Shown: positions 7,573 to 17,689, counted from the first letter of the stretch. The stretch: DNA of 22,134 nucleotides from Sphingobacterium thalpophilum (GCA_945878525.1 CAMCTU010000037.1:1-22134); one strand, 5' to 3'. Notes: generated from the letters alone by a model not told the origin. Program-made: numbers and translations.

Positions 7573-8313
7573 ATGAAACTATTCAGAAAAATTCTCACTT
7601 TGGCAGTATTTTTTTTATCAGGATCAGAATTCGCCACAGCGATCCCCAATTCAACAACATTAAACAGTAAAAATTTCTTTTCAAACGATGAACGTCAGGT
7701 ATCCGGATTTTCAGAAATTATTGTCTCAGGCCGAAATAACGTGTACATCACCATGGGCAGTACCGAGAGTCTGAGATTAGAAGGTGATGCCGATGAGATT
7801 AATGAAATTGAAACCAAAGTAGAGAATGGTGTCTTAAAGATTAGCAACAAGAAAAAGATGAACACCCGTAGCTGGAACAATACAGGTAAGGTTAATATTT
7901 ATATTCAGGCAAAAAGCCTCAACAACCTGGTGCTTAGTGGCTCTGGAAATATTGAGGTTAGGGGAAAAGTGAAATCAACAAACCTTACCACAACCCTCAG
8001 CGGATCGGGAAGTATATCAGCAAATTTTGAGGTCGAAAATTACAATGCTGTAATCAGTGGCTCAGGTGAAATCTATTCGGAAGGAAATGCTACCAATGCG
8101 AGAATTACAATATCTGGATCAGGAGATTTTAATGGCAGCGGACTGAGAACGTCAAACGCAAGTGCAAAAGTTAGTGGTTCAGGAGATATTTCAATACTTG
8201 CTGATCAACAACTCGAAGCCCTTAGCAGTGGTTTAGGAGATATCAGATATGGTGGTAATGCCGTAGTTAACATCAAGAAAAGCGGTTCGGGTAATATTTC
8301 AAAAGGACTGTAA
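7573..8313 (+). CDS. GIN domain (DUF2807) protein, putative secreted beta-helical adhesin-head-like protein
   Basis: The 246-aa product has a signal peptide and six SGSG(N/S/E/D)(I/F) repeats at regular spacing plus one SGLGDI variant. This is the pattern I associate with DUF2807/head GIN domain proteins. Confidence 0.75.
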   Translation: MKLFRKILTLAVFFLSGSEFATAIPNSTTLNSKNFFSNDERQVSGFSEIIVSGRNNVYITMGSTESLRLEGDADEINEIETKVENGVLKISNKKKMNTRSWNNTGKVNIYIQAKSLNNLVLSGSGNIEVRGKVKSTNLTTTLSGSGSISANFEVENYNAVISGSGEIYSEGNATNARITISGSGDFNGSGLRTSNASAKVSGSGDISILADQQLEALSSGLGDIRYGGNAVVNIKKSGSGNISKGL

Positions 8314-8349
8314 TATCTGCCTACAATACTATATCCAAAACATTTATAA

Positions 8350-8376
8350 GGGTACTACATTTTATATGAAGTACCC
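8350..8376. terminator. Candidate bidirectional intrinsic terminator between the convergent GIN-domain gene and sucB
   Basis: A 7-bp stem gggtact/agtaccc with a 13-nt AT-rich loop, followed by ttatt on the plus strand. It sits between the two convergent 3' ends. Confidence 0.45.
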
Positions 8377-8380
8377 TTAT

Positions 8381-8415
8381 TAGCTTTTAGCTTTACGCTT
8401 TCTGCTTTAAGCTTT
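8381..8415. repeat. Degenerate heptamer array (5 units NNGCTTT; AAAGCNN on the sucB strand) starting 3 nt after the sucB stop codon
   Basis: Read directly: tagcttt tagcttt acgcttt ctgcttt aagcttt. Confidence 0.75.
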
Positions 8416-8418
8416 AGT

Positions 8419-9648
8419 TCAGACTCCTAACAAAAGTCTCGCCGGATCTTCCAGCAATTGTTTCACTCTTACCAAGAATCCAACTGACTCACGTCCGTCA
8501 ATAATCCGATGGTCATAAGATAATGCTACATACATGATCGGCCTGATGACCACCTGTCCATTCGATGCAACCGGACGTTCCACAATATTGTGCATGCCCA
8601 AAATTGCCGATTGAGGAGCATTTATGATTGGTGTTGACATCATTGACCCAAATACACCCCCATTGGTGATGGTGAATGTTCCGCCTGTCATCTCTTCAAT
8701 AGTTAATTTACTGTCGCGGGCTTTTACGGCCAATTCCACGACTGTTGCTTCTATTTCAGCCAGCGACATTGACTCTGCATTACGGATAACCGGCACCACT
8801 AAGCCCTTAGGAGCTGAAACGGCTATGGAGATATCTGCAAAATTATTGTAAACAATCTCTTCCCCTTCAATGCGGGCATTAACAGATGGGAAATCTTTCA
8901 ATGCTTCACATACAGCTTTGGTAAAGAAAGACATAAAGCCTAAACCTACACCATGCTTCTCTTTGAATTTATCTTTGTATTTACTACGCAACTCCATAAT
9001 TGGCTGCATATCTACTTCATTAAAAGTAGTGAGCATTGCTGTCTCATTTTTAACTGCAACTAATCGCCTGGCGACGGTTTTGCGCAAAGAAGACATTTTT
9101 TCGCGCCTTTCATCTCTCGAACCTGCAATAGCTTTTACTGAAGGTGCGGGAGCTACTACTTTTGGAGCAGAACTTTCAATTTTAGCAGCCGGAGCTGCAC
9201 TCAGTGCATCTTCCTTGGTGAGCCTTCCACCAACGCCGGTTCCGTTAACAGCTGCGGGATCAATTCCTTTTTCTGCTAAAATCTTAGCGGCTGCGGGTGA
9301 AGGAGCCCCTGAGGCGTAAGTTTTTCCTTTGGCATCCTCAACCTTAATTGCCGGACTTTGAGCCTCAATTTTTGTAGCGGCTTCTGCTAAAGGTTTTGAG
9401 GCAGCCGGAATTCCGCCTTCCTCAATACTACAGACCGGTGCTCCAATCTCAAGGGTATCACCCTCCTTTGCAATAGTTTTTAAAGTTCCTGCCTTTTCTG
9501 CGGTAAGCTCAAATGTTGCTTTATCAGATTCTAACTCCGCAATTATTTCATCCATTTCAACATAATCCCCATCCTTCTTTATCCATTGGGATAATGTAAC
9601 TTCGGAAATAGATTCGCCTACCGGCGGAACTTTGATCACTAAACTCAT
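8419..9648 (-). CDS. sucB: Dihydrolipoyllysine-residue succinyltransferase (E2 of 2-oxoglutarate dehydrogenase)
   Basis: The 409-aa product has a lipoyl domain with [11 protein letters not shown], Ala/Pro-rich linkers, a subunit-binding segment ([14 protein letters not shown]), and the catalytic C-terminus [12 protein letters not shown]. It lies 20 bp downstream of sucA. Confidence 0.93.
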   Translation of the reverse strand: MSLVIKVPPVGESISEVTLSQWIKKDGDYVEMDEIIAELESDKATFELTAEKAGTLKTIAKEGDTLEIGAPVCSIEEGGIPAASKPLAEAATKIEAQSPAIKVEDAKGKTYASGAPSPAAAKILAEKGIDPAAVNGTGVGGRLTKEDALSAAPAAKIESSAPKVVAPAPSVKAIAGSRDERREKMSSLRKTVARRLVAVKNETAMLTTFNEVDMQPIMELRSKYKDKFKEKHGVGLGFMSFFTKAVCEALKDFPSVNARIEGEEIVYNNFADISIAVSAPKGLVVPVIRNAESMSLAEIEATVVELAVKARDSKLTIEEMTGGTFTITNGGVFGSMMSTPIINAPQSAILGMHNIVERPVASNGQVVIRPIMYVALSYDHRIIDGRESVGFLVRVKQLLEDPARLLLGV

Positions 9649-9668
9649 AATCGTTTTTCTTAATTCAA

Positions 9669-12464
9669 TTAGTCAATATCTACAACTTTCTTCGCTGTTT
9701 TTTCTACCCGCGTTTTTACCTCAGCACCTGCAGATCTCACTTCAAATGCTTTAGCTATAATGTATAATTGTTGTGCAAGGTGCAGTTTGGCATACCCTGT
9801 AGCTGTACTGCTGCTCTCGTTCCGTGATACAAGGTCAAAATTAATAGTCGACTTACGGAATTTTCTTAAAATATAAGGCCAAGCACCCATATTCTCAGGT
9901 TCTTCCTGAACCCAAACATGCTCATCAGCATTCTTGTATTTGCTTCTGACAGCTTCAATCTGATCATATGGTAAAGGATACAATTGCTCAAGACGAACAA
10001 TAGCAGTGTCTTTAATTTTATCTGTCTGTTGTTTTTCAAGAAGATCATAATAAATCTTGCCACTGCAGAAAAGTACACGCTTTACATCTGATGCCTCTAC
10101 ATAACTATCATCAATCAATTCTCTGAAACCTCCCTCTGAAAATTCTTCGAGTTTACTTACACATTGCGGACTTCTAAGGAGGCTCTTTGGTGTAAATACA
10201 ACTAAAGGCTTACGGTAATTCCGTTTTAATTGTCTGCGTAAAACATGGAAGAAATTAGCTGGTGTTGTACAGTTAGCAACCTGTATATTCTCATCTGCAC
10301 AGGCTTCAAGGAAACGTTCAATTCTGGCAGAAGAATGTTCTGGTCCCTGACCCTCAAATCCATGAGGAAGAAGCATTACCAAACCATTTGAACGCTGCCA
10401 TTTAGTCTCGGCACTGGTTATAAATTGATCAATTACGATCTGAGCACCGTTCACAAAATCTCCGAACTGTGCTTCCCAGATTGTCAGAGCCATTGGATTT
10501 GCTAAAGCATAACCATACTCGAAACCCAAAACTCCATACTCAGATAGGTGTGAATTATAAATTTCGAATTTAGCTGATCCATTGTCTAACATGGCCAATG
10601 GGATATATTCTTCAGCAGAATCTTCAAGCGTAATTACTGCATGTCTGTGAGAGAACGTACCACGCTCCACATCCTGACCGCTAACTCGTACCCTGAAACC
10701 TTCCTGAAGCAGTGTTCCATAAGCCAGTAATTCACCCATAGCCCAGTCGAAGACCTTGCTTTCCGACATTTTTTTCCGATCCTCGAAAAGCTTCTCAATT
10801 TTCTTAAAAAACTTCTTATCTCCTGGTAAAGTGCTTATTTCTTTTGCGATAGAAAGTACTTTATTCGCAGGAACAGCTGTATTAACAGGGTCGTAGATAG
10901 CTCCGGGTTTTGCCAAAGTCAAACTTGCCCAGGACCCCCCGAATATCTGATTCACAGCCGAATAGCTTTGATCTTCTTTAGCTTCATTCAACCTGTCCTG
11001 AAGCAAAGCACGGAAATCTTTCTCCATCTCTTTTGCCAGACTGGCATCAACGCTTCCCTGATCCAGTAATTTCTGATTATATATTTCCCTTGGATTGGGG
11101 TGTTTCTCAATTGCTTTATACAATAGTGGTTGTGTGAACTTAGGTTCATCAGCCTCGTTATGACCGTATCGGCGATAACATAAAATATCTATAAATACAT
11201 CATTATGGTATTTTTGACGGTATTCTAATGCCATGTTGATAGCATATACGATGGCTTCAACATCATCTCCATTCACATGGAATACAGGAGAAAGTGTAAC
11301 CTTGGCAAGATCAGTGCAATAAGTTGAAGATCGTGCATCTTTATAATTAGTAGTAAAACCTACCTGGTTATTGATTACAAGGTGAATACTTCCACCAGTT
11401 TTATAACCATCGAGTTTTGCCATTTGAAGCACCTCATAGGTTATCCCTTGTCCTGCAAGCGATGCGTCACCATGGATCAAAATCGGAGCAATACGCTTGT
11501 AATCACCTCCGTATTTAAAATCAATTTTAGAACGAACCATTCCCTGCACAACTGAATCTACAGTCTCCAGATGCGATGGATTTGGACATAAACTTAAGTG
11601 CACTTTCTTTCCTGATCTGGTCTCAACATCTGTTGAATATCCCATATGGTACTTTACGTCACCACCATAAGGGGTGTTAGCATCAAAACCTTTTCCTTCA
11701 AACTCAGAAAATATATCCTTGTAGGTTTTCTGCATAATATTGGCCAGAACGTTCAAACGCCCACGATGCGCCATACCTATCACAAATTCACTAATTCCGA
11801 GTTCTGCTCCTTTACCTATCACAAAATCTAAAGCCGGTATAACCGTTTCTGCCCCCTCAAGAGAAAAACGCTTTTGACCTAAGAATTTAGTTCCCAGAAA
11901 GTTCTCAAAAACGACAGCTTCATTTAACTTTTTAAGAATTCCCTTTTTGGTATCAATGTTGAAATTAGGCGTATTACGCTCAGATTCCATTCTATTTTCA
12001 AACCACTTCAATTTTTCAGGATCTCTGACGTATTTATATTCTACACCTATAGACTGGCAATAAGTTTGTTCTACGAGCGCCAGAATGTCTTTTAGGGTGG
12101 CAGGGCCGATACCTACCTCTACTCCTGCATTGAATATTGTATCAAGATCCCCGTTATCCAAACCAAAGGTTGAAAGTTCTTTACCAGGAAAATAGGACCT
12201 TCGTTCCTGAACAGGATTGGTTTTAGTAAATAAATGCCCACGTTGCCTGTAACCATTGATAAGATTTAATACTTTAATTTCCTTTAAAAAATGATCAGGA
12301 GTTTCAGCACTTACCACCCCTGCCTCAGAACCGCGGCCAAAGTCGAAACCTTCAAAGAATTTCTGCCAGCCAAACTCAACTGAAGCCGGATCTTCTTTAT
12401 ATAACTGATAGAGCGAATCGATATAAGCAGAATTAGCGTTATTGAGATAGGATAAATTTTTCAT
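9669..12464 (-). CDS. sucA: 2-oxoglutarate dehydrogenase E1 component
   Basis: Motifs present: [31 protein letters not shown] and [24 protein letters not shown] place the start at the internal ATG (12464..12462; [22 protein letters not shown]) rather than the ORF-track ATG at 12515. E1o proteins normally begin with this SxLxxAxxxYIxxLY segment, and a TAnnTTTG box overlaps the longer start. Confidence 0.9.
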   Translation of the reverse strand: MKNLSYLNNANSAYIDSLYQLYKEDPASVEFGWQKFFEGFDFGRGSEAGVVSAETPDHFLKEIKVLNLINGYRQRGHLFTKTNPVQERRSYFPGKELSTFGLDNGDLDTIFNAGVEVGIGPATLKDILALVEQTYCQSIGVEYKYVRDPEKLKWFENRMESERNTPNFNIDTKKGILKKLNEAVVFENFLGTKFLGQKRFSLEGAETVIPALDFVIGKGAELGISEFVIGMAHRGRLNVLANIMQKTYKDIFSEFEGKGFDANTPYGGDVKYHMGYSTDVETRSGKKVHLSLCPNPSHLETVDSVVQGMVRSKIDFKYGGDYKRIAPILIHGDASLAGQGITYEVLQMAKLDGYKTGGSIHLVINNQVGFTTNYKDARSSTYCTDLAKVTLSPVFHVNGDDVEAIVYAINMALEYRQKYHNDVFIDILCYRRYGHNEADEPKFTQPLLYKAIEKHPNPREIYNQKLLDQGSVDASLAKEMEKDFRALLQDRLNEAKEDQSYSAVNQIFGGSWASLTLAKPGAIYDPVNTAVPANKVLSIAKEISTLPGDKKFFKKIEKLFEDRKKMSESKVFDWAMGELLAYGTLLQEGFRVRVSGQDVERGTFSHRHAVITLEDSAEEYIPLAMLDNGSAKFEIYNSHLSEYGVLGFEYGYALANPMALTIWEAQFGDFVNGAQIVIDQFITSAETKWQRSNGLVMLLPHGFEGQGPEHSSARIERFLEACADENIQVANCTTPANFFHVLRRQLKRNYRKPLVVFTPKSLLRSPQCVSKLEEFSEGGFRELIDDSYVEASDVKRVLFCSGKIYYDLLEKQQTDKIKDTAIVRLEQLYPLPYDQIEAVRSKYKNADEHVWVQEEPENMGAWPYILRKFRKSTINFDLVSRNESSSTATGYAKLHLAQQLYIIAKAFEVRSAGAEVKTRVEKTAKKVVDID

Positions 12465-12512
12465 TCGTATATAATTGTTCTTCGATATCCGCATGTGCGG
12501 GTTTGCATGAGC

Positions 12513-12520
12513 CAAATTTA
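12513..12520 (-). promoter_or_regulatory. Candidate -7 promoter box for sucAB
   Basis: The minus strand reads TAAATTTG, matching TAnnTTTG, about 48 nt upstream of the preferred ATG at 12464. It overlaps the upstream ATG of the long ORF. Confidence 0.35.
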
Positions 12521-12739
12521 TTTTGTTACGTGATTGAAAGGTTCATACAGTTCTCTTTTAAAAACTATGTTTATGCAGCACAAAAATAAAATTTTAAGTA
12601 TGGAATTGTGCAAAAGAATATGCTAATTTGAAATTAAGAGCATACTAGAAAACCCATCAATCCAATGGTGCAAATTAATAAAAAAATACAAGAAAACTGC
12701 CTAAATATGCTTTCAAAGCCATTATTTGATAAACTATTT

Positions 12740-14176
12740 TTATAGCTTCTTCACAGGCATTAATGCTGGTGTGTAGGGAGGGGCTTTAAGATAGTTGACC
12801 AACTGATACTCAGATTTTTCTGAGGGAGAGAGATTCCATGGCTGATGAACACAATTTCCGGGTATTTTTTGGAGCTCCGGGATCCATAACCTGACGTATT
12901 CTCCATTAGGATCGTAATCAATAGCCTGCTTTAAAACATTAAAATACCTGTATTCTTTTGGATCATTACCCACACCGGCGATATATGCCCAGTTACCCCA
13001 ATTATTTGCAGGGCAATAGTCAATAAGCTTTTCCTCAAAATAAGCAGCACCCCACATCCAATTTACCTTGAGATCTTTTACAAGAAAACTGGCTACGTTT
13101 TGCCTTCCCCTGTTACTCATGAATCCAGTTTTATTGAGCTCCCTCATGTTGGCATCAATAAATGGAATACCTGTTTCTGCATTTTTCCAGAGTTCGAATA
13201 GCTGAAGCTGATCTTCACATTCCTCTGGCGCAAGTCCTTTTAGTCCTGTTTTATGAAAAAACTTATTACCGTACTTCTTGAACATAAAACGGAAGTAATC
13301 ACGCCATAATAATTCAAGATAAAGACTGTAAGTGGAATCTCCCGAACCATGAACACGCTCATATTTTTTAATCTCCCAATAAACCTCTCTTGGCGAAAGG
13401 CATCCCAAAGCAATCCATGCCGAAAATTTAGATGAATAGTCAGAACCCAAAAGACCATTACGAGTTTGCTTATAGCTTTGAACTGCGTTGGTTACCCAGA
13501 AATAATCCTGCAAACGTTTCAAAGCCTCTGTCTCACCACCCTGAAATTGCATAACAGAACGGCAATCCGCAGGTTCATTTTCATCAAAGCCAAGCTCCTT
13601 GAGAGAAGGAAGTACTGTAGTTTCAAGATTTTCAGGAAAACTCATGTTTACGGGAGTTTCATGACAAGGTCTCACAGACCCATCGCGCTCAACTTTTTTG
13701 CGAAAATTGGTAAAAATATCAGGGATGTTATTAACAGGGAAAGGCAGGTCTTCTTTATGATAAAGCGTGTGCCCAATAAAATGTTTTAAATTAATTTTAA
13801 GCTTCCAGAGAGCATTCTCAACATCCGCTGAAACCCTAGTCTCCTCGGATGCCACCTCACGGTGATGGTAGACCTCATTTACCTGATATTTAGCAACTAA
13901 GTCCGGAAGTATAACTTCTGGTTTCCCAAGCTTAATTAGTAAATCTCCTCCGGCACTTTTAAAAAAGTCGCGAAGGTTAGACACACTTTCTAATAAAAAT
14001 CGGGTACGAATCAGGCCAGTCTTACGGGTCTGGAAATTGGTAATTTCAAACTGACGGGGATCAAAACAATAAATAGGAATAATCCTGTCACCTTTTCGAA
14101 CTGCCTCGGTTAAAATTTCATTATCATGAATGCGTAAATCTTTTCTAAACCAAACTAAAATGGTTTTATCGCTCAT
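12740..14176 (-). CDS. Cryptochrome DASH / photolyase-family flavoprotein
   Basis: The 478-aa product has a photolyase N-terminal domain (ILVWFRKDLRIHDNE). Its FAD-binding domain carries TGIPFIDANMRELNKTGFMSNRGRQNVASFL and NWGNWAYIAGVGNDPKEYRYFNVLKQAIDYDPNGEYVRLWIPEL, which matches the DASH-type signature as I recall it. Confidence 0.85.
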   Translation of the reverse strand: MSDKTILVWFRKDLRIHDNEILTEAVRKGDRIIPIYCFDPRQFEITNFQTRKTGLIRTRFLLESVSNLRDFFKSAGGDLLIKLGKPEVILPDLVAKYQVNEVYHHREVASEETRVSADVENALWKLKINLKHFIGHTLYHKEDLPFPVNNIPDIFTNFRKKVERDGSVRPCHETPVNMSFPENLETTVLPSLKELGFDENEPADCRSVMQFQGGETEALKRLQDYFWVTNAVQSYKQTRNGLLGSDYSSKFSAWIALGCLSPREVYWEIKKYERVHGSGDSTYSLYLELLWRDYFRFMFKKYGNKFFHKTGLKGLAPEECEDQLQLFELWKNAETGIPFIDANMRELNKTGFMSNRGRQNVASFLVKDLKVNWMWGAAYFEEKLIDYCPANNWGNWAYIAGVGNDPKEYRYFNVLKQAIDYDPNGEYVRLWIPELQKIPGNCVHQPWNLSPSEKSEYQLVNYLKAPPYTPALMPVKKL

Positions 14177-14577
14177 ACTTATTTAAGCCTCTCCAGGAAT
14201 ACCTTGATCTAACCAAGTAATTAATATAAATTGAATGTTGGGACAAATTACGTGGTTACAAATGACTTTCTTGATCATTTTCTTGTAAGTTTTTTATTAG
14301 AATAGAATTTTAACGGTTTAAAACAATTTTTCCTTATTTCTAAACATTAAATAAAAAGCAGATCGTTATTATAAAAAAAACTAAAAACTGTTGAGCTAAA
14401 CTTTCTCAAAGGATTTTGATGCTCAAATCCATCAAATGTTTTCATTATACTTAGTTGCAACATGGCTAAAGCTACAACCCAGGTATATATCAAAAGGCAA
14501 ATGGTTCTTTTGCCCGCTTGCCCTTGCCAATGAAACACTGCTCCTCATAAAAGATAACACTGTTTTGTTAAGATTGT

Positions 14578-16281
14578 TTAAAAGCTTCTAATAAGTCCTA
14601 AACGTGGCGCGAATTTTAAATTTCTAACCATAAGGCCGTTATTTCTTTGGTAAAAAGGATCAACATAGGTTAAAGAAATTACATAACTTAATTGTCGTCT
14701 TTTCTCATACATGAAACTGATTCTGTACAATAAGCTTTCTTGATAATAAAATTTTTCTTTTTTCTTACTTAAATCAATATTACTATATCCAAAACTTGGA
14801 GTAATAGTTAAGGGATGATGCGTTTTATTAAATACAAAATTATAATTTAACAAATAATCATTTTGTGTTAGTCTTAAGCCCCCAATTCCAAAATTAAACC
14901 CACCACCAGTTTCTAAAAATAAATTTGTATGCAGGCGAAACTGACCACCCAATGAAAAATTATAGTTTGATGTTTGAAGTAAATCTTTATTGATTAAGGG
15001 TTGAAAACCATTCATTAGCAATGGCAATTGATTAATACCATAAACAGTTTTTATTCCGCCACTAATTATATATTCCCTTAAGCGATTCAAAGCTCTATAT
15101 TCAAAGGTTAGTTTTTCTTGTATAAAGTTTTTTAGCTTGGTTGGAGGGGTAATTTCTGACACTAAGTTTAATTTTGCTAAACTATCTATAAAAGGTTGAT
15201 ATTTGTTCCAGTCTACCACAGCGAGTGGCTTATTTAGTGTTAAATCTTCAGTTCTATTTTGTACAACGTCTACATAATTGACATCTAATTTTTTTGAATC
15301 GATTTTTATGGTGTGATATTCCTCAAATCTTGTATAATTAATGTTGTTGTGCTCGCTTTTACTGTTACGGCTAATATTTTTTACATACCATTTATCATCA
15401 ACCATTTTGTAAACTACTGTTCTGGTTGATTCTTTAATTTTAATAGAATTTGCAGGTTGAAAATCATAAGATGTAATATTGATTTTTGCAATCGCATAGC
15501 TGGAAGAATCTATATAAATAATTCCCTCTGAATCTTTCTTTTTTATGGTATTGAAATTAATAACATATGTTGTTCTACCGTTTAGAATAGTTTTTGTGCT
15601 TAAATGATATTCATATTTTTTTAGTTCAGACTTACTAAGTAAAAAGTCTCTTCTATGAACTATATCCCAATTAATTGGCAATTGATATGCATTAACAAAT
15701 CTTACATATTCCTTTTCGGTTTTTAGACTATCAAGCAATAGTTTCTTGTTTTGAACAATGGTTACTTTTGAGTCTGGAGTAGTTTTTTTATATGGAGTAA
15801 CACCAACCTTTACAATGGCTTCGTTTTTATAGAACTTATAATCTGCTGTATCATCTTTTGCAATTTGGTGCATTTTTATAAAGCCTTCCATGGTGAAGTC
15901 TTTTTGGGGATAATTTTTTTCAATATTTTGTATTGCCTTTTCTAAAATGGATAATCCACTTACACCGACAATTACTTCACCCAAAACTTGATTTGTGGGG
16001 TTTAAGAATATTTGAAGATTTTCTTTGTAGGCAATGGTCTTAGTTTCATAGCCAATACAACTGATTGTTAATCCTAAATTAGAGGTTAGTTCCTTATTTA
16101 AAACCATCCTAAAACTTCCGTCTTTTATAGAACTTGTTCCGAAATTCCCGCTTTTTATGGTAGCATTTGCGATTGGATTTCTAGTTTCCGCATCTAAAAT
16201 TTTCCCGGTTACTAAAATGCTTTGAGCAGATAATCTGAATACTGATAACTGAATGAATAAAAACAGAATCAGTTTTACCAT
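14578..16281 (-). CDS. CarboxypepD_reg-like domain protein, putative outer-membrane beta-barrel protein of unknown function
   Basis: The 567-aa product has a signal peptide (cleavage near SAQ/S). An N-terminal carboxypeptidase-regulatory-like fold follows (ILVTGKILDAETRNPIANATIKSGNFGTSSIKDGSFRMVL ... ISCIGYETKTI). The C-terminal ~150 aa show an alternating hydrophobic pattern and end in ...RLGLIRSF, where a terminal Phe is typical of an OMP beta-signal. The middle ~350 aa are unrecognisable to me. Confidence 0.6.
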   Translation of the reverse strand: MVKLILFLFIQLSVFRLSAQSILVTGKILDAETRNPIANATIKSGNFGTSSIKDGSFRMVLNKELTSNLGLTISCIGYETKTIAYKENLQIFLNPTNQVLGEVIVGVSGLSILEKAIQNIEKNYPQKDFTMEGFIKMHQIAKDDTADYKFYKNEAIVKVGVTPYKKTTPDSKVTIVQNKKLLLDSLKTEKEYVRFVNAYQLPINWDIVHRRDFLLSKSELKKYEYHLSTKTILNGRTTYVINFNTIKKKDSEGIIYIDSSSYAIAKINITSYDFQPANSIKIKESTRTVVYKMVDDKWYVKNISRNSKSEHNNINYTRFEEYHTIKIDSKKLDVNYVDVVQNRTEDLTLNKPLAVVDWNKYQPFIDSLAKLNLVSEITPPTKLKNFIQEKLTFEYRALNRLREYIISGGIKTVYGINQLPLLMNGFQPLINKDLLQTSNYNFSLGGQFRLHTNLFLETGGGFNFGIGGLRLTQNDYLLNYNFVFNKTHHPLTITPSFGYSNIDLSKKKEKFYYQESLLYRISFMYEKRRQLSYVISLTYVDPFYQRNNGLMVRNLKFAPRLGLIRSF

Positions 16282-16327
16282 AACCTAAATTGTAATGAAT
16301 CAAATTCCTAAAGGTGATTCAGACTAT

Positions 16328-17200
16328 TTACTTGACATCGGTTACATTCACTTCAAAATCCAGACAAGAGAAAGGCGGGATAGCAGGGGAACTACCATTC
16401 AAACCATAACCAAGTGTTGACGGAATGATCAGGCGTATATTTCCGCCCTGATTAATGAGCGGAATTCCCTGTTGCCAACCTTGTATAACCGATCTGAGAC
16501 TAAATGTTGCCTCACTACCGGGGAGGGCACGATCAAATATAGCCCCATTCAAAAGTTTCCCGGTATAATTAGCGACAACTGTTGAATCGACTGTTATCGG
16601 ACTTCCAGTTCCCTGCTGGCCTATTTTATAATAAATGCCGTTTGAAGTTTTCTTAAAGCCTGTCATGGCATTCTTTTCCAGGTATTTAACTATGGTAAAA
16701 TCATCATATTGGGCCACTTTTGATCTTTCAATTACTCTTGCCACAATGTCCAAGGAGGTATTGCCCGGAATTTCTACAGATCCATTCCTTCCAAAAGCCA
16801 GGCGGGAAGGAACAATCATACGGATGGTTCCATTAGATTTTTTTAAAACCTCTTTTATTCCAGTACGGACTGATTCAGGATTAAAATATCCAAGATAATT
16901 GTAATACCTGTTACCACCTGCAAATGTGTCTACAGATGCAAATTTACCATCTATTGAACGTATGGTTAATAATATGGGTGTTTGATCAGAATATTGTAAA
17001 TCAGAACCATTACCCGGACTAACGACCTGATAGTACATACCGGTACCGTTATATTCCTGTACAGAAAGATTATTTTTCTTTATGTAGTCCTTTACATTAC
17101 GATCGTCAATAACCTCAATGGTCTCGTATTCCTTTGCGCATGAAACAATTATTACGGAAAGTAAAGTGAAAGTAAGTAGGTATTTAAAAAATTGCTTCAT
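16328..17200 (-). CDS. FKBP-type peptidyl-prolyl isomerase lipoprotein with two FKBP modules (the N-terminal one degenerate)
   Basis: Lipobox VSC at residues 19-21. The C-terminal module has canonical FKBP motifs: VANYTGKLLNGAIFD, IQGWQQGIPL, GGNIRLIIPSTLGYG, IPPFSCLDFEV. The N-terminal module aligns to it by eye (GMYYQVV..., GTIRMIVPSRLAFG, IPGNTSLDIVARV) but lacks the YxGxL..G..FD and GW motifs. Confidence 0.8.
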   Translation of the reverse strand: MKQFFKYLLTFTLLSVIIVSCAKEYETIEVIDDRNVKDYIKKNNLSVQEYNGTGMYYQVVSPGNGSDLQYSDQTPILLTIRSIDGKFASVDTFAGGNRYYNYLGYFNPESVRTGIKEVLKKSNGTIRMIVPSRLAFGRNGSVEIPGNTSLDIVARVIERSKVAQYDDFTIVKYLEKNAMTGFKKTSNGIYYKIGQQGTGSPITVDSTVVANYTGKLLNGAIFDRALPGSEATFSLRSVIQGWQQGIPLINQGGNIRLIIPSTLGYGLNGSSPAIPPFSCLDFEVNVTDVK

Positions 17201-17208
17201 CTCGTATT

Positions 17209-17682
17209 TTAGTTTTGAACATCCACCAGTTCGATGTCAAAATCGAGTACCGAATTCGGAGGAATTGCACCGGAACCCTGTGGACCATATGCATAACCTG
17301 AAGGAATGAATAATCTGATCTTACCGCCTTTTTGGATTAACGGAACACCTATTTGCCAACCCACAATTACCTGCCCAAGTTTGAAAGAAAGAGGTTGGGT
17401 AGACGATTTGTCAAAAATCTGTCCTGAAGTTAATCTGCCAGTATAATGTGCTGTAACGGTGGTGTTTGTTGTATAGGTAATGTTCCCTGAACCTGACTGT
17501 ATTATTTGGTAATACAACCCACTGGAATGCTTTACTGCAGATATTTTATTGTCAGCTATGAACTTAACAATGGTAGCATCATCCTTTCCTGCCTGAACAG
17601 CTGGATCAACATATTCGTCTTTAAGACATGAGCTCATGGCAAGCAACATGATAACGGAGAACAGATACAGTTTAATCTTCAT
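17209..17682 (-). CDS. FKBP-type peptidyl-prolyl isomerase lipoprotein
   Basis: The 157-aa product has the lipobox LAMSSC and FKBP motifs VTAHYTGRLTSGQIFD, IVGWQIGVPL, GGKIRLFIPSGYAYG and IPPNSVLDFDIELV. It is 8 bp upstream of the next FKBP gene, so probably an operon. Confidence 0.88.
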   Translation of the reverse strand: MKIKLYLFSVIMLLAMSSCLKDEYVDPAVQAGKDDATIVKFIADNKISAVKHSSGLYYQIIQSGSGNITYTTNTTVTAHYTGRLTSGQIFDKSSTQPLSFKLGQVIVGWQIGVPLIQKGGKIRLFIPSGYAYGPQGSGAIPPNSVLDFDIELVDVQN

Positions 17683-17689
17683 AAGGCTG

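Noticed and set aside
8624-9319. Plus-strand ORFs of 75 and 149 aa antisense to sucB. Similar antisense ORFs occur in lpdA (3713..4075, 4915..5124), sucA (9866..10078, 11646..11831), the M1 peptidase gene, the cry gene, the FKBP gene, the TetR region and the ACAD gene.
   Set aside because: All lie fully inside well-supported genes on the opposite strand or in another frame. The 149-aa one simply mirrors the Ala/Pro-rich linker of SucB. There is no independent evidence of coding.
14347-14538. 63-aa minus-strand ORF in the AT-rich spacer between the cry gene and the CarboxypepD_reg gene
   Set aside because: It has no recognisable family and sits in low-GC non-coding-looking sequence. It could be a small membrane protein (one hydrophobic stretch), but I cannot support it, so it is left unannotated.
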